Below, piece after piece: positions 1 through 8,655 of a DNA stretch of 64,000 nucleotides (its first letter is position 1; each line of letters begins with the position of its first letter). Location of the stretch: the NCBI GenBank assembly GCA_005879795.1, contig VBKJ01000127.1:7427-71426 (forward strand), in the 5' to 3' direction. Position numbers and translations under genes: made by a program. Source of the stretch: Deltaproteobacteria bacterium. Lineage in GTDB: Bacteria; Desulfobacterota; Binatia; DP-6. Below the pieces are notes generated by a model. It searched no databases. It saw only the letters and a program-made list of their open reading frames with translations, and was not told where the DNA came from.

Positions 1-138
1 CGCACCATCCCCGAGGACGTGAAGCGGAAGATCGCCGCGCTCGGGCAGCCGAACGTCACGGTGGACGTGGTCTGGGACCCGCCCTGGCACCCCTCGCGCA
101 TCAGCCCCGACGGGAAGCAGAAGCTCGGGCTGGCGTGA
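1..138 (+). CDS. C-terminal fragment of a DUF59-family (SufT/PaaD-like) Fe-S cluster assembly protein. The gene begins upstream of the window.
   Basis: In-frame translation ends ...VTVDVVWDPPWHPSRISPDGKQKLGLA, then TGA at 136-138. The DPPW..P.RIS motif is typical of DUF59 C-termini. Confidence 0.5.
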   Translation, partial: RTIPEDVKRKIAALGQPNVTVDVVWDPPWHPSRISPDGKQKLGLA

Positions 139-224
139 GCGGGCGCACCGGACGCCGGTCGCCGAGTCGCCAGCTCGGGCCTTGCATTTGCGGCCGGAAG
201 TAGAGTACGTAAACGGCCCCTTTT

Positions 225-1457
225 TTGCGGCAGCGGACGACTCCTGTGCCTCGATTGCTCGATCCTCCACAAGATTACCGAAGGGAGAGTCTCCGCTCGT
301 GTGCGGAGACGCCCGCGCCTCGGGAGATGGCTAATGGGAACGGGGCGCCTCGCGTCTTCGTCAGTGCTCCAGGCTCCGCGCCCGGCTCGAGTGATCTGCT
401 GGTCTCGTTTCTCCGGGTTGCGGCCGCCGCGGCGCGCACCACCACCGGCGCCAGTCGTGCGGCAGCCGCCCTCCCGGTGGACGCTGCGTCCGGTGCGCAC
501 TCACTGATCATACAGCGGGAGGGCAGCCTGCCGCCGCTCCCCGGCGGCCTGATTCGTCTCGTGGCGCGGTCGGTGCGCGGCGGCCGCAGGCTCTCGCTCG
601 AGGACCCTGGCGGCCCGGCGGCTCTTGCGACCCTGGCAGCACAGGCTGGGGCCCGCGTGATGGCGGCGGTATCCTTGCGGGTGGAGGGCGCGGAGGGATG
701 CCTGCTGGCCGCGCGCGACACGAGGCGGCCCTTCTCGCCGGCCGAGCTGGCGGGGCTCGAGGGTGTGGCGCAGTCCGCAGCGCTCGGAGTCGCCGAGGCC
801 CGGGCGTTGGTGAATACGGACCGCCGGCGTTTCGCCCGCGAGCTGCACGATACCTTCGGCCAGACGCTCACGGCTCTCGTCTTCGCGGTCGATGAGCTCG
901 AACGTGGACTCCAGAGCGTCGAGGAGCGCCGGCTGACATCAGCGGTGCGCTCGCATGCGTTGAAGGCGTTGGACGACATGCGAGATGTGATCGCCGCCGT
1001 CAGGCGAACGGAGGGAGAGCAGGAGCGGTGGCGGAGAGTCCTCGACCTGGCGAAGGATCTCTCGCAGTCGGGCATCCAGGTCCGCGTCCACAAGGATCTG
1101 CCCGAACCGCTCCCGGCGGGGCTGGTGGAGTGCCTGTACGAAGTCGCCCGCGAAGCGCTGTTGAACGTCAAGCGTCACGCCCGAGCCCGGAATGTACACG
1201 TGCTGCTCTGGCAGGACGAGCGAAAGCTGGAGGTCATGGTCTCGGATGACGGGCAGGGACTGCGGCCGGAGGAGCTGGGAACGGGCTGGGGAGGCTTCGG
1301 TCTCCGCATGATGCAGGAGCGACTGGAGGAAGTCGGTGGGGCGTTCATCGTCGAGAGTACCGGCGCGCGCGGAACCCGGGTCATCGCGCGCATACCCTGG
1401 ACCGGAGGGGAGAGATCGCACTCGCGGGCGTCGATTGCGCGTCGTCCTGGCGGATGA
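225..1457 (+). CDS. Sensor histidine kinase with a GAF-like N-terminus, a HisKA_3 (NarX-type) dimerisation domain and a HATPase_c domain. The start is uncertain; ATG 327 is an alternative.
   Basis: H-box ARELHDTFGQTLTAL. ATPase motifs LLNVKRHARA...DDGQGL...GFGLRMMQERLEEVGGAF. The RR gene overlaps its stop by 23 nt. Confidence 0.75.
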   Translation: MRQRTTPVPRLLDPPQDYRRESLRSCAETPAPREMANGNGAPRVFVSAPGSAPGSSDLLVSFLRVAAAAARTTTGASRAAAALPVDAASGAHSLIIQREGSLPPLPGGLIRLVARSVRGGRRLSLEDPGGPAALATLAAQAGARVMAAVSLRVEGAEGCLLAARDTRRPFSPAELAGLEGVAQSAALGVAEARALVNTDRRRFARELHDTFGQTLTALVFAVDELERGLQSVEERRLTSAVRSHALKALDDMRDVIAAVRRTEGEQERWRRVLDLAKDLSQSGIQVRVHKDLPEPLPAGLVECLYEVAREALLNVKRHARARNVHVLLWQDERKLEVMVSDDGQGLRPEELGTGWGGFGLRMMQERLEEVGGAFIVESTGARGTRVIARIPWTGGERSHSRASIARRPGG

Positions 1458-2061
1458 TCACCCGGTCGTCCGGGCCGGGCTGAGGCACATCCTCGATTCA
1501 GGCGATACGATCGAGGTCGTCGCCGAGGCGGAAGACGGCCGAACCCTTCTCCGGCGGGTCCAGGCCCTGAGTCCGGACGTCGTGGTGATGGACGTTTCCA
1601 TGCCCGAGCTGAACGGGATAGAGGCTACGCGGGCGATCCGCCGGCAGTTCCCCACGACGCGGGTCCTCGTGCTCTCGGTTCACGGTGCGGAGGCGGTCGT
1701 CCTGGATGCCGTTGCGGCGGGGGCTGCCGGATACCTGCTGAAGGAAACGGCCACCGAGGAGCTGCAGCGGGCGGTCTCGGCGGTGGCCAGAGGCGAGGGT
1801 TACTTCTCGCCTGGCGTGGCCGGCCTGCTCGTCAACCGGCTGAACGAGCGCGCCCGGCAGCGGCCGCTCCTGAGCGCCCGTGAGCGGGAGGTCGTCCAGC
1901 TCATCAGCGAAGGGGAACGGCTCGGTCAGATCGCGGCCAAGCTCTTCGTCAGCATCGCGACGGTGAAGAGCCACCGGGCGAATGCGATGCGTAAGCTCAG
2001 CATCCGCACGACGGCCGACCTGATCCGCTACGCGATCCGCGGCGGTCTCTCGCCCCTCTGA
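1435..2061 (+). CDS. NarL/LuxR-family response regulator (REC + LuxR HTH)
   Basis: TTG start gives MRVVLADDHPVVRAGL. A receiver domain is followed by the HTH LSAREREVVQLISEGERLGQIAAKLFVSIATVKSHRANAMRKL. The ORF-track start at 1336 lies inside the kinase and is unlikely. Confidence 0.85.
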   Translation: MRVVLADDHPVVRAGLRHILDSGDTIEVVAEAEDGRTLLRRVQALSPDVVVMDVSMPELNGIEATRAIRRQFPTTRVLVLSVHGAEAVVLDAVAAGAAGYLLKETATEELQRAVSAVARGEGYFSPGVAGLLVNRLNERARQRPLLSAREREVVQLISEGERLGQIAAKLFVSIATVKSHRANAMRKLSIRTTADLIRYAIRGGLSPL

Positions 2062-2167
2062 GGCCAGCGGCCCGCGGCGGTGGCCGGGGGCCGTCGCCCT
2101 GATCCTCCTCCTTCGAACGAACCCTCAACCCTCCGAACGCCGAGAGCGAAATCCCGCGCAAGTCGAA

Positions 2168-2767
2168 TTGCGGGCACGAGACGCCCTCTATAGCATCCGC
2201 ACATTCATGATCCCCACCGGTATTCGGTTTCGCAACGCCAAGGGCAAGCCTCCGCCCTCGAGCCGCGAAGAGGTGACGCCCGAGGTGTCGCTCAGAGACG
2301 ATCCCGCCGCCGACTCGCTGGGTTTGCTCGAGCTGGGACTCGCCCTCGAGCGCAAGTTCCGCGTCGTGCCTCGTCCGTCCATCCTCGAGCGCCTGCGCAT
2401 CTACCTCCTCGCGGTGGTGCAGGCGCTCGTCCCCGGCCCGGAGACGGCGGCAGCTGCTCCGCAGACTCGGGCCGGGCGCTTCTCGGCAAGGGTCGTCCCT
2501 GCTGCGGGCGATTCGAGCAGAAGCCTTCAGCGCGCGGGCTGGCTCACGCCCTATGCCATAGAGACGATCGCCGAGCACGCCCTCCACGCCGGCCCCGGCG
2601 CCCGGCTCGAGATGACGTTGCCGTCGAGTGTCAGCGATACCGAGCTGGCGTTGCTTCGGGACGAGTTTGCCTGGCTCGGCGAGCGGGGCGTCCAGGCGAG
2701 CGTTCGTCGGGACTACAGTATCGCACTGATCGAGGAACACCCCATCCCCCCCCGCCCGGCGGTCTGA
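2168..2767 (+). CDS. Hypothetical protein with an acyl-carrier-protein-like phosphopantetheine-attachment motif
   Basis: Coding-like GC3. The segment EEVTPEVSLRDDPAADSLGLLELGLALERKF matches the ACP helix-2 pattern (DSL..EL..ALE..F). The start could be ATG 2207. An overlapping antisense ORF is not favoured. Confidence 0.35.
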   Translation: MRARDALYSIRTFMIPTGIRFRNAKGKPPPSSREEVTPEVSLRDDPAADSLGLLELGLALERKFRVVPRPSILERLRIYLLAVVQALVPGPETAAAAPQTRAGRFSARVVPAAGDSSRSLQRAGWLTPYAIETIAEHALHAGPGARLEMTLPSSVSDTELALLRDEFAWLGERGVQASVRRDYSIALIEEHPIPPRPAV

Positions 2768-2935
2768 CCGTCCGCTGGCGCGCCGCTCGAGGCCTCCGCC
2801 ACCCTTGAGGCCGGTGGCGGGGACCTCGGGCGGGTCCAGTCACGGGCCACGTCGTCGCGGCGACGCGATTTCGGCACGGCCGGTGGCGGCGGTTTACCTT
2901 TGCCGGGCGCGCGGCGACCGGTGTAGAGAAGGCGC

Positions 2936-4966
2936 GTGCCTCCCGCGGGTCGCAGTCCCGGAGCCCGCGCGGCGCCGCGCGCGGCGCCGCCGCCCGCCTC
3001 CGCCGCGCAGCGGCGGCCGCTCCCGATCGCGCTCACCGCCGTGTGGTGGGTCGTCCTCGCCGTGCTGCTCGTGCAGAAGGGGCGTGCCCTCGAGCAGAAG
3101 ATCACGTGGTACCTCGCGGTCGACCAGTTCGGGTACGCGACGTTCGCGCACGACCTCCTGCGCGGCCGTGTCTTCCACGAGTGGGCGCCCGGCGAGGCGC
3201 TCAAGAGCCGGCTGCCGCCGCGCGCCGACGTCCTCGTCCAGAGCTACGTATGGGACCGCGGCCGAATCTACTCGCGCTATGCCCCGGGCTTCCCGATCCT
3301 GCTCGCCGGCTGGCTCGCGCTCTTCGGCGACGACAGTGCGCACTACCTGAACCCGCTCCTCTTCGTCGCCGTCGTCCTGCTGGTGATCGCCCTCCAGCGC
3401 CGGCTCTTCCACTCGCGGTGGCGGGCGCTCATGGGCGGCGCGCTCCTCGTGCTGTTCGCGGGCAACGGGTTCGCGGGCAGCAACGTGAATCTCTGGGGCC
3501 TCACGCTGACGCGCGACATCTCGGCGCACGCCGTCGCGCTCGCCGGGCTCGTGCTGCTCGTGCCGTGGGGCGCCCGCCGACTGGGACCGCGCCGCGCCGC
3601 GGCTGCGGGCCTGGCGCTCGGGTTCACCGTCTCGATCCGTCCCGACGGCGTGCTCTACCTCGTGCCGGCGACGCTGCTCGCTCTCGTACGGTGGCGGCGG
3701 GAGCGCGCGCGGGGCGGCGCCCTCGCGCGCGCGCTCGCCGCGGGCGTCCTCGGCGTCGCGCTCGGCGTCGCGCCCTCGCTCGCGTTCTACTGGGCCGCGA
3801 CGGGGAACCCGTTCCGGGCCACGCAGAGCATGGAAGCGCAGGATTTTCTCAGCGAGACGCCCCGCCCGGGCAGCGCGGTCGCCATGGCGGACGCCGGCGG
3901 CGTCAAGGTCGCCTATCCGCCCCAGGGCTGGCACGGCGGCACGGCGGTGCCCGTCCAGGGCGGCGGGCTCAGGCTCGCCAACTTCCCGCGCACGTTCGAG
4001 GAGAACTGGCAGCTCATCCAGGCGACGTACGGCCGGCTCTTCCTCGTGCTCGCGATGTGGGGAGCGTGCGTCGCGCTCGCGCTGCGGCCGATCGTCTTCC
4101 TGCTCACGGTGCCTTACGCGGCGCTCGCGGTGCTGCTCTACAGCTGCTGGACGACGCCGCAAATGCGCTACCTCATCGGCGCGAGCGTGCTCCTCCCGGT
4201 CCTCGTGGTCGAGGGCCTCATGGGGACCTTCGACCTGGTGCGTCTGATGGCCCGCCGGCGGGAGGAATGGCCGCCGGTCGCGTTTGCGGGCGGCATCGGC
4301 GTGGCGCTTCTCCTGGGCGTCGTCATGAGCCTCCACACGTCGCCACCGGCCGCCATGGCGTCGTCACATGTCGGCGCCTTCGTGCGGGCGATCCCCTGGC
4401 TCGTCCCCGGCGCTGCGGGTGTCGGCCTCCTCGTCGCGGCCGGCTGGCCCCGGCGGCGCGCGGCGGGGTTCGTCGCCCCGGTCCTCGGGCTCGTGCTCGC
4501 GGCCGCAGCGATCGCCGGCGATACGAGCACACTCGGGCGCCGGGCGAGGTTCCAGAAGCCCGAGATGACCTACGCGCGGGAGAACCTGAGGCGACTCGTG
4601 CCGCCGCACGCCGTCGTCATCACCACCGAGGACGTCGGCCGTCCGGCCGAGAACATCGAGTACTATGGCGGCATCCACGCGCTCTACCTGACCGACCTGA
4701 CGCGCTGGCGGCTCGGCGTGCGCGACGCCGCCGCGCTCCTGCTGCGCTCCGGTATGCCGCCGTATCTCTTCATCCCGTTCACGCAGCCGGACCGCGAGCA
4801 GATGCTCGCCGAGCTCGCCGAGTTCCAGGTGGAGCAGGCGGCCGACATTCCCGCGCCGCAGGCGATCGGCTACTTCGTGGCGGCGCCGTTCCACCGCGGC
4901 GTGCGGATGCTTCTCTACCGGATCTCCACGCCCGGCGCCGCAGACCGAGGCGCCCCTGACAGCTAA
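2936..4966 (+). CDS. Polytopic membrane protein, a GT-C-fold glycosyltransferase-like protein of the PMT/ArnT-like family
   Basis: More than 10 predicted TM helices. The first loop carries VDQFGYATFAHDLLRG...WDRGRIYSRYAPGFPILLAGW, typical of PMT_2/ArnT-type GT-C enzymes. It ends at TAA 4964-4966. Confidence 0.5.
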   Translation: MPPAGRSPGARAAPRAAPPPASAAQRRPLPIALTAVWWVVLAVLLVQKGRALEQKITWYLAVDQFGYATFAHDLLRGRVFHEWAPGEALKSRLPPRADVLVQSYVWDRGRIYSRYAPGFPILLAGWLALFGDDSAHYLNPLLFVAVVLLVIALQRRLFHSRWRALMGGALLVLFAGNGFAGSNVNLWGLTLTRDISAHAVALAGLVLLVPWGARRLGPRRAAAAGLALGFTVSIRPDGVLYLVPATLLALVRWRRERARGGALARALAAGVLGVALGVAPSLAFYWAATGNPFRATQSMEAQDFLSETPRPGSAVAMADAGGVKVAYPPQGWHGGTAVPVQGGGLRLANFPRTFEENWQLIQATYGRLFLVLAMWGACVALALRPIVFLLTVPYAALAVLLYSCWTTPQMRYLIGASVLLPVLVVEGLMGTFDLVRLMARRREEWPPVAFAGGIGVALLLGVVMSLHTSPPAAMASSHVGAFVRAIPWLVPGAAGVGLLVAAGWPRRRAAGFVAPVLGLVLAAAAIAGDTSTLGRRARFQKPEMTYARENLRRLVPPHAVVITTEDVGRPAENIEYYGGIHALYLTDLTRWRLGVRDAAALLLRSGMPPYLFIPFTQPDREQMLAELAEFQVEQAADIPAPQAIGYFVAAPFHRGVRMLLYRISTPGAADRGAPDS

Positions 4967-4974
4967 CTAACTAA
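4964..4974 (+). other. TAACTAACTAA, stop codons in all three forward frames
   Basis: TAA at 4964, 4968 and 4972 covers every + frame. It sits at the boundary between the GT-C gene and a low-GC islet. Confidence 0.6.
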
Positions 4975-5160
4975 CCTCGTAGCGCAGCCCGTGAAGAAGT
5001 CGAAGAGGCTGGGCGAAGAAGCCGCGCGACGGGGCGGGGGCGATCGTCGCCGAGGTTCCCGTGGTAGCCGCCCCGTCGCGGGCGCCGAGCGCGCGTCGAC
5101 GTTGGTCCGCGTGCTGGGTAAGTCAGCCAAGGGGGCGCGCATTCCGTGCCGAGATCCTTA

Positions 5161-5190
5161 TATGGTCATGCTTCATATGGTCATGCTTCA
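5161..5190 (+). repeat. Perfect tandem direct repeat, 2 x 15 bp (TATGGTCATGCTTCA)
   Basis: Read directly from the sequence. A second pair of 11-bp direct repeats (CCCGGGAACGC) lies at about 5227-5253. The region is low-GC, about 52%. Confidence 0.7.
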
Positions 5191-5448
5191 GGACCAAGCA
5201 TTCGGTTTTGCGGAGGAATCTCTCCACCCGGGAACGCCCTTCCCGGGAACGCTCTTCCGGTGGCTCCCTCGCGCAGAGTCTACAGCAAACAGACATCACC
5301 TGAACCCGGTATAGCCTACCGTCCGTGACATCTGCTAACTCTCACAGCGTGGAGCACTTCTCCGGGATGAGCGGCTGCGACAAATCGATCGTGAGGGAGG
5401 GTGGAGTTTCAGAGCGCGGGGCCCGCAGCGGGAGTGACCGGTGCTTTC

Positions 5449-5464
5449 CGAAGACATGTCTTCG
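5449..5464 (+). promoter_or_regulatory. 16-bp perfect palindrome CGAAGACATGTCTTCG, a candidate operator about 25 bp upstream of the peptide ATG
   Basis: Perfect inverted repeat seen in the sequence. It is followed by the consensus SD AAGGAGG (5478-5484), placed 5 nt before ATG 5490. Confidence 0.4.
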
Positions 5465-5489
5465 TCGCGAGGAGAAAAAGGAGGGTTAG

Positions 5490-5783
5490 ATGAGCAAGCT
5501 AGTCGTGGGTCTCGCAGGAATCGTGCTGGGGGTTGGTCTGTTGGTTTCGGCGGCGCGGGTGGTGTCCGCTGCCCCAGTGTGCGGTCATGGCCCATGCGGG
5601 GACGAGGTCGGGCAGTGCGGCCTCAGCGGTAAGGCCAGAGCAGCGTGCTTCAAGACTGCCATAGCCGCTTGCAAAGCCTCGCACGCGGCAGGCGGCTGCA
5701 CGTGCGCCGATCCGGGGTGCTTTACCTGCACCGGCGGTAGCGCATGCGTTTTCGCTTCGCCCTCGGGCGCGTTCCTCGAGTAG
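5490..5783 (+). CDS. Small secreted cysteine-rich protein, 97 aa. It has a signal peptide and 12 Cys plus several His in its roughly 70-aa mature part.
   Basis: Optimal SD and spacing. N-terminus MSKLVVGLAGIVLGVGLLVSAARVVSA. Mature part PVCGHGPCGDEVGQCG...CFTCTGGSAC. GC3-rich codons. TAG at 5781-5783. Confidence 0.7.
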   Translation: MSKLVVGLAGIVLGVGLLVSAARVVSAAPVCGHGPCGDEVGQCGLSGKARAACFKTAIAACKASHAAGGCTCADPGCFTCTGGSACVFASPSGAFLE

Positions 5784-5799
5784 CTACCTTCGTTCTCCC

Positions 5800-5831
5800 G
5801 TCGGGGGCGGGGTGCTGACCCCGCCCCCGAC
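5800..5831 (+). terminator. GC-rich hairpin, a probable intrinsic terminator without a T-tract
   Basis: GTCGGGGGCGGGG-tgctga-CCCCGCCCCCGAC is a perfect 13-bp stem, 17 nt after the peptide stop. Confidence 0.45.
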
Positions 5832-6092
5832 CTGGTGCGCGCTTCCGCGGTGCGGTCCAGCCTGCGCGAGAGGGGAAACGTGTTGGTTGTCGCGCGCCGC
5901 GCGTGAAGTTGCCGCCGCGCGAGCATGACGGAGCCAGAGGCCCTCCGTCCCGCCGTCAGTCCGAGCAGGGTGCGCCGGCCGCGCACGCCGAGCGACTCGC
6001 GGAGGGGGCGGTTTGGGGGACGATCCCTACGTTCGCCTGCCCGCGGGCGCGCGCACGAGCCAAGGTGAGCAGCTACTGACCTGCGGGCGCGA

Positions 6093-8351
6093 CTACTGGC
6101 ACAGGCACGTGGACCCGCTCAGCTGGCAGTGCAGCCCGCAGCCCGAACCGCATGTGGCCCCAGTGTTACACGTGCATGTCGAGGTGCAGCAGGAGGTGCC
6201 GTCGCACTGCTCCCCAGGGTCGACCTGGTGGTTCCCGCACAGGCCGAATCGCTGGGCGAACACGCCCTGATAGTTGCCGTCCTGGCCGTAGCTGTCCCAT
6301 GCGACCACGAACTTCCCGGCTGCGGCCGCGACCGCCGGGCGTCCCTGATCCTCGATGATGTAGCTGTTCACGCGGAACTCACTGGCCAGACGGCCACCCT
6401 GGGCGCCGAAGCGCTGCCCGAAGACCTCTGTCCCGATGCAAGCTTCCTGGCCGGGTCCGTCCCAGGCCACGAGGAACGTGCCGTCCGAGTTCATCGCTAC
6501 TGCCGCGTCCTTCTGGGGATTCGCGGTGAAGCTGTTCACGAGGAACTCGCTCCCCTGGGGCGTCCCCGAGCTGCTGTACCGCTGGCCGAAGATGCCCGCG
6601 CCGTCACCCGCGCCCGCACCCTCCCACACCACCACGAAGTCGCCCGCCCCGTCGGCAGCCACGGCCGGATGCGTTTGATTGGAGGCCGTGGTGGTATTCA
6701 CCCGGAATTCACCCGCGTTACAACCGCCTCTGGGCGTCCCCGCGCTGTCGTAGCGCTGCCCGAAGATGCCGTAGCCGCTGCCGTCCTGTGCGGCGCTGTG
6801 CCACACCACCACGAAGTTGCCCGCGCCGTCGGCCGCCACCGCAGGGGAACCCTGAACGCCGGTCGTGTAGGTGTTCACCCGGAACTCACCACCCTGCGGG
6901 GCCCCCGCGCTGCTGTATCGCTGGCCGAAGATGCCGGCGCTGTCGGTCGCGCCGGGGCCGGCCCAGACCACCTTGAAGTTGCCGAGACCGTCCACCGCCA
7001 CCGCCGGAGTCTGCTGCACCCCGGTCGTGTAGGTGTTGACCCGGAACTCGCTGCCCTGCGGGGTGCCCGCGCTGTCGTACCGTTGGCCGAAGACGCCGGC
7101 GGCGTCGCCCGGGCCGGCTCCGTCCCACACCACCAGGAAGTTTCCGCCGGGGCTCCGCGCCACGCGAGGGTTGTCCTGATAGCCCGTCTTGTACGTGTTC
7201 ACCGCGAACTCGGTACCCTGCCGCGTCCCGGTGCTGTCGTAGCGCTGGCCGAAGATACCGGTGCTCGGGTACCCGTCGCCATTGCCTGAGCCACTCCATA
7301 CCACCACGAAGTTGCCCGTCGCGTCGGCCGCCACGGCCTGAGGATAGCCCTGCACGCCGGTGGTATACGTGTTCACCTGAAATTCGGGGCCGGCGGGGAC
7401 GGACCCGCCGTCGCACGCGTCTCCCACCCCGTCGTGATCGCTATCCACCTGACTCGGATTGTAGACGTTCGGGCAGTTGTCCAGCGGACACGTGTTCGCC
7501 GGAAAGCCTGGATCGCCGAAGCCGTCGCCGTCCGAGTCCTGGCACGTGTCACAGGCGTTCCCGATGCCGTCATGGTCGGTGTCCGCCTGGTCGGGGTTCC
7601 GGATCGAGCGACAGTTGTCGATGCAATCGGCGACACCGTCCCCGTCCGTGTCCCCGCCGCCGACGGCAAAGTAGCGGACCGCCGTATTGGTGAGCGTAAA
7701 GGGGCTCGTGGGGTTGCCGAACCTCCACCCCACGCCGACCGTACCGTCGGCGTTCTCGATTCCGGCAGCCGCCGTCTGTACGCCACTCCCCGCACTCGAG
7801 TATTGGACCTGGATCTCGTGGCGGCTTTCGTAGAGGATGATCTCCCAGGTTGTCTTGGGATTGCCCGTGAACAGCGGCACACGGTCGAACTCGACGATGA
7901 AGCGCCGGTTGGGGGCGGTGCCCAGCGTCTGGTAGTAGATGGCTCCGAAACTGCTCGGGTCGAGATCGGCCCAGAGCCCCGCGACGTCCACGTTCGGGCA
8001 TCCTGGGCTCGGGAGTGGAGTCTGGCCGGTCGGCGCGCTTCCTTCGCCGCCAAAGGTGATGAACCCGTTGCTCGAGACGAATACCTGCGAATTGCTGATC
8101 CCGTAGTAATTGAAGGTGAAGCCGAGCGGCAGCGCGGCGCTTTCCTCATCGTCGCGGAGCACGAGGAGCGTGCCGGTCTGTGAGATGTCGACGAAGGAAT
8201 ACGTCGGCGCATAGGCGTCGAGCGGCGCGATCGTGTCCGAGAACCTGTAGCAGCCCGCGTTGTCGGGCCCGCCCACGGCGGAGGCCGGCCGCGGCGATTC
8301 AAGGACGCCGAGTAGAACGATCAGAGTCGCGGCCGCAGTCCAGTCCCTCAT
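6093..8351 (-). CDS. Large secreted repeat protein, 752 aa. It has a signal peptide, thrombospondin-type-3-like Ca-binding repeats, 7 tandem repeats of about 47 aa, and a C-terminal Myxococcus-type cysteine-rich repeat.
   Basis: N-terminus [25 protein letters not shown]. DxDxDGxxDxxD repeats ([14 protein letters not shown]...[12 protein letters not shown]). Repeat unit [40 protein letters not shown]-terminus [18 protein letters not shown]. Confidence 0.8.
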   Translation of the reverse strand: MRDWTAAATLIVLLGVLESPRPASAVGGPDNAGCYRFSDTIAPLDAYAPTYSFVDISQTGTLLVLRDDEESAALPLGFTFNYYGISNSQVFVSSNGFITFGGEGSAPTGQTPLPSPGCPNVDVAGLWADLDPSSFGAIYYQTLGTAPNRRFIVEFDRVPLFTGNPKTTWEIILYESRHEIQVQYSSAGSGVQTAAAGIENADGTVGVGWRFGNPTSPFTLTNTAVRYFAVGGGDTDGDGVADCIDNCRSIRNPDQADTDHDGIGNACDTCQDSDGDGFGDPGFPANTCPLDNCPNVYNPSQVDSDHDGVGDACDGGSVPAGPEFQVNTYTTGVQGYPQAVAADATGNFVVVWSGSGNGDGYPSTGIFGQRYDSTGTRQGTEFAVNTYKTGYQDNPRVARSPGGNFLVVWDGAGPGDAAGVFGQRYDSAGTPQGSEFRVNTYTTGVQQTPAVAVDGLGNFKVVWAGPGATDSAGIFGQRYSSAGAPQGGEFRVNTYTTGVQGSPAVAADGAGNFVVVWHSAAQDGSGYGIFGQRYDSAGTPRGGCNAGEFRVNTTTASNQTHPAVAADGAGDFVVVWEGAGAGDGAGIFGQRYSSSGTPQGSEFLVNSFTANPQKDAAVAMNSDGTFLVAWDGPGQEACIGTEVFGQRFGAQGGRLASEFRVNSYIIEDQGRPAVAAAAGKFVVAWDSYGQDGNYQGVFAQRFGLCGNHQVDPGEQCDGTSCCTSTCTCNTGATCGSGCGLHCQLSGSTCLCQ
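6250..7365 (-). repeat. Intragenic tandem repeats, about 7 x ~141 bp, encoding the ~47-aa units
   Basis: Visible periodicity in both the DNA and the translated sequence. Confidence 0.6.
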
Positions 8352-8655
8352 CTGCTCTCCGATCGTCCCCCAGGGAACGGCCTTCGGCTCGCTACGCCAA
8401 GCTCGGCGGGGGTCTTCGCATCCGCTTGAGCGTCCTCGATCGCAATCTCCTGGGCGCAGGCCCCCCGGCCCCAGGCGTCTCCTGGAAACCGCCCGGTCAC
8501 CCGCGCACCGACAGGTGCTCGTCTACCGCGGGCTGTTCGCGCCCGTCAATCGAACAAAGACGGGAGGGCGGTGGCGAAGGCCATAGAGGGTGCAAGGCGC
8601 TCCTCCGCGACCTCGTCTTCTCGACCCGTTTCGACTACGGGGGTGTGGCAAAGCG

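Noticed and set aside
4991-5314. 107-aa ORF in the low-GC islet upstream of the Cys-rich peptide
   Set aside because: Low-complexity, R/G-rich N-terminus. No RBS. It spans the tandem repeats. It is more likely regulatory DNA than coding.
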